Source of the DNA: a virus
Taxonomy: Duplodnaviria > Caudoviricetes
DNA length: 28,875 bases
Virus record (IMG/VR): IMGVR_UViG_3300034012_001383
Coordinates: 1 to 28,875 of that record
Direction: 5' to 3' (one strand)
Shown here: in pieces, positions 26,343 through 28,875 of the stretch
How the letters are laid out: every line of letters begins with the position of its first letter
Numbering within the stretch: the stretch's first letter is position 1
Translations under genes and position numbers: made by a program
Notes under the pieces: model-generated
The model's database searches: none
Told to the model about the DNA's origin: nothing
The model's input: the letters and a program-made list of their open reading frames with translations, nothing else

Positions 26343-27086
26343 ATGAGTGACTACAACGCAGCACAAGCAGGTTTGCAACTGTGGGCCGAGTTCGTAAACG
26401 ACATTGAAGGGCTACGTATCGCGCAAGATAATCGCGTGCGTAGCTTGGAAGCAGAAGGCGTACCGATCGAAGCGTGGCAGGCGGCGGCAACGCAGCTTCA
26501 AGCGTTAGAAAAGCATGCTGTTGGGCAGCTAGAACGCGCAATGAAAACTCATCCGCTAGGTGACTTCGTAAAGCGCACTAAGGGCCTGGGCTTCAAGCAG
26601 ATGGGGCGTTTGCTTGCCGCGCTCGGTGACCCGATTTACAACGAGGCTGAGGAGCGTTATCGACGTGGGCCTGCTGAGCTGTGGAAGTACTGCGGCCTTG
26701 CGCCAGATCAACGTAAGCAAAGGGGTGAGCGGGCAGCTTGGAATCACGACGCGAAAATGCGTGCCTGGCTGATTACCGAGAGCTGCGTCAAGGCTGTTGC
26801 AACCGATTTGCATGACGCGAGCCCGTACAGGGTGTTGTACGACGAGTGCCGTGCGCAGTATGCCGATCGTGTGCATGTTGTTGATTGCAAGCGTTGCGGG
26901 CCGTCAGGTAAGCCGGCGCTTGCTGGGTCGCGGTTAAGTGATGGGCATAAGCACGCGATGGCTAAGCGCAGGATGATGAAGGAGTTGTTGAAGGACCTTT
27001 ACAACGAGCGAAAGTTGCAGGTTGTTGGTGATCAGGGCAACTTTGTTGTTGCTATGCCGGCTGCGTCTTTGATGGCTACGCAATGA
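26343..27086 (+). CDS. Nop/IS110-like RNA-binding protein without nuclease domain (TasA-like)
   Basis: Coiled coil (LRIAQDNR...LE...L.R.M..HPL), KGLG....GRLLA.LGD, LWKYCGL.P, WN...K, PYR.LYD, H.HAMA.RRMMK.LL.DLY; no N-terminal DEDD RuvC; adjacent to array. Confidence 0.85.
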   Translation: MSDYNAAQAGLQLWAEFVNDIEGLRIAQDNRVRSLEAEGVPIEAWQAAATQLQALEKHAVGQLERAMKTHPLGDFVKRTKGLGFKQMGRLLAALGDPIYNEAEERYRRGPAELWKYCGLAPDQRKQRGERAAWNHDAKMRAWLITESCVKAVATDLHDASPYRVLYDECRAQYADRVHVVDCKRCGPSGKPALAGSRLSDGHKHAMAKRRMMKELLKDLYNERKLQVVGDQGNFVVAMPAASLMATQ

Positions 27087-27385
27087 GCCGTATTCAGCAG
27101 CGTAGGTGCGGGCTCGAGGCGCTATGCGGCTACGACGAAGTATTTGATGAGCACGGCTTCTATCTGCAGGTGTGGCCGATCGGTCATGCGGGCTTGAACG
27201 TCATTGACATTGGGTACGCAAAGCCGGTGAGCATGCCGCAGTTGTGTGCAACGGCGCCGGACGTGATCGTCGGCTTGTTCCTTATGAGCCCTGTTATTGA
27301 CTTGATGCGTGAGCATGAGCGCGAGCGTGATCGTGTTAGTGAGGTTGACTGGCGTGAGGGCATGCCATCGGGGTTGTGGGGATGA
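27083..27385 (+). CDS. Hypothetical protein
   Basis: ATGA-coupled to the Tas-like gene. Confidence 0.6.
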   Translation: MSRIQQRRCGLEALCGYDEVFDEHGFYLQVWPIGHAGLNVIDIGYAKPVSMPQLCATAPDVIVGLFLMSPVIDLMREHERERDRVSEVDWREGMPSGLWG

Positions 27386-27600
27386 AGCGTTACCGATCAA
27401 CAACGCGCGGTGGGTTTGACGAGAATCCCGAGGGCGCTTGGGTTCGTTACGAGGACGTGAAGCGCATGCGCGAAAGCATGATGACGTTTGCTGAGTTTCA
27501 ACAGGAGCTTGGTGACGCTCGAGGTTTCAGGCGCGGGTTGCATCGCATTGGTTGCACACCTGGCACTGTTGAGTTGCTGGTCAGGCAGGACAGGGCATGA
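27382..27600 (+). CDS. Hypothetical protein
   Basis: ATGA-coupled; G.WVRYED motif. Confidence 0.6.
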   Translation: MKRYRSTTRGGFDENPEGAWVRYEDVKRMRESMMTFAEFQQELGDARGFRRGLHRIGCTPGTVELLVRQDRA

Positions 27601-27776
27601 GTTGGGCTGGTTGGCCGCATGGGCCTGCAACTGGAAAGCAAGAATGGTTGTTGCGTAAGTTGAAGCTTGAAGTGTTGAATGAGCAGTTGCCGGATGATCA
27701 TGGGTTGAGTGAGTCGCAAGCGTCGGCTGAGATAACTCGGTTGAAGTGGTTGAAGAAGCATCAGGACGCGGCATGA
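27597..27776 (+). CDS. 59-aa hypothetical protein (absent from ORF track)
   Basis: ATGA-coupled both sides; PATGKQ..LL..L....LSESQASAEITRL small helical motif. Confidence 0.65.
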   Translation: MSWAGWPHGPATGKQEWLLRKLKLEVLNEQLPDDHGLSESQASAEITRLKWLKKHQDAA

Positions 27777-28345
27777 AGGACTACTGCCCTACGTGCCGTG
27801 AGCGCACTGGCCTTACTGAGCGTGGTGTGTGCGAGTGGTGCGACACACCGTTGACTGTGAAGCGTGGTGGTGGTCGAGCACCTGGTGTTGGTTGCAAACT
27901 CACTGACACGCAGTTGAGGGCGTTGCATGCCGCTCACATGCGAGGGCAGAGCATCAATGAGCTTGCTAAGAGCGTTTACGTTCGGGTTGGGTATTCGTCG
28001 CAGTCGTCTTGCGCGTCGTCAATAAGTAATGCGTGGCAGCGTCTTGGGTTGCAGGCGCGTGACCGTATTGAAATGACGGTGCTGAAGTCTTACAAGCATG
28101 GGCGTGGTGGCCGCCAGCAGCAGCGTGACGGTGGGCCCGAGTACGCGAAGTACAGGCGTGAAACGCGACGTAAGAGCGGTGAGGTTCACGGCCGGCGTTG
28201 TGACGCGCTTAGGACGCAGTACCCACGTAAGGGGCAGCCGTGCTCGTTGAGTGCGTTGAATGACAGTGAGTTTTGTTATCAGCATGATCCACGCTTTGAG
28301 GCTGAACGTAACGCGCACCTTGAGCGCATGAGGGCCGCAGCGTGA
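27773..28345 (+). CDS. Zinc-finger/HTH putative DNA-binding protein
   Basis: CPTC...CEWC ribbon, G.SINELAK HTH-like segment, C-terminal C...C...C..H. Confidence 0.7.
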   Translation: MKDYCPTCRERTGLTERGVCEWCDTPLTVKRGGGRAPGVGCKLTDTQLRALHAAHMRGQSINELAKSVYVRVGYSSQSSCASSISNAWQRLGLQARDRIEMTVLKSYKHGRGGRQQQRDGGPEYAKYRRETRRKSGEVHGRRCDALRTQYPRKGQPCSLSALNDSEFCYQHDPRFEAERNAHLERMRAAA

Positions 28346-28539
28346 CCGATCCGTTTCCTACCGATCGACGCGCTGCCATGACAATTGATCAGCGCTTACG
28401 TGACGCTGACATCACACCAACGACTGATGCGGTCAAAGCATTCAGGCTTGGGTTTCAAGCTGGGCGTGTGAGCGTCGTTAGCGACCGTGGGAAGTACGCA
28501 ACGATCATTGATGCCGCCACCACCAGGGTGAAGCCATGA
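28342..28539 (+). CDS. Hypothetical protein
   Basis: GTGA/ATGA coupling. Confidence 0.55.
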   Translation: MTDPFPTDRRAAMTIDQRLRDADITPTTDAVKAFRLGFQAGRVSVVSDRGKYATIIDAATTRVKP

Positions 28540-28838
28540 CTGACGTTGACCGTAAGCACGTGCGCGCCGTCATGACCCGCATGCTTAGGCGTCAACCACT
28601 GACGCTCGAGCAGCTGCAGGACGAGCTTGCGCACGTCGCGCCAGCGAACATCATTGCTCAGCAAATGCAGCAGCTTGTAAAGGCTGACGTGATTGTTGGT
28701 GTTGGGGGAAGTAACTACCGCGGCGGGCAGCCCGCAACATACGAAACTTGGAGCAACGTGATTGCACGGTTGAAAGATCAGCCTGCACCGTCGCCCCGTA
28801 GGTGCCACACCGTCAGGAATCCGCGGCGCGTGGCATAA
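28536..28838 (+). CDS. Putative winged-helix protein
   Basis: PLTLEQL..EL...I...M.QLV...VI, G.PATY wing-like motif. Confidence 0.55.
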   Translation: MTDVDRKHVRAVMTRMLRRQPLTLEQLQDELAHVAPANIIAQQMQQLVKADVIVGVGGSNYRGGQPATYETWSNVIARLKDQPAPSPRRCHTVRNPRRVA

Positions 28839-28875
28839 GCCAGGCTTACGCCTGCCGGCGCTGACCAATGATGCC

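Noticed and set aside
25912-26346. 144-aa ORF as a conventional protein gene
   Set aside because: Its 19-aa periodicity (NHL..SQ...DNQ) simply reflects the RNA repeat; kept only as a possible coupling frame.
26343-27086. Active IS110 transposase / insertion sequence
   Set aside because: Lacks the RuvC DEDD domain and catalytic Ser motif; embedded in a coupled phage operon.

Overview
The window is most or all of a small tailed-phage (siphovirus-like, HK97-type head) genome, and every credible gene is on the + strand. The left part runs: terminase, an inserted glycosyltransferase, portal, a three-domain prohead protease, capsid, neck and tail genes with a probable -1 chaperone frameshift, tape measure, tail tip, and a two-enzyme lysis cassette. 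After an intrinsic terminator and probable promoter (~19.6-19.8 kb) comes an accessory region with Sak4-like ATPase/DUF669, an actinobacterial IHF homolog, an HNH protein and a secreted Rpf-like muralytic enzyme. The IHF and Rpf homologs point to an actinobacterial host. The standout is 25906-27086. It holds seven stem-loop units, six at an exact 57-nt period, each built as stem-CA-[9-nt variable]-CGATRACCA-[9-nt variable]-C-stem. The array lies directly upstream of a 247-aa IS110/Nop-domain protein with no RuvC domain and no IS110 catalytic-serine motif. This matches a stem-loop TIGR array with a nuclease-less TasA-like protein, i.e. a phage-encoded dual-spacer RNA-guided system. All protein calls come from motif recognition by eye; no database searches were run.
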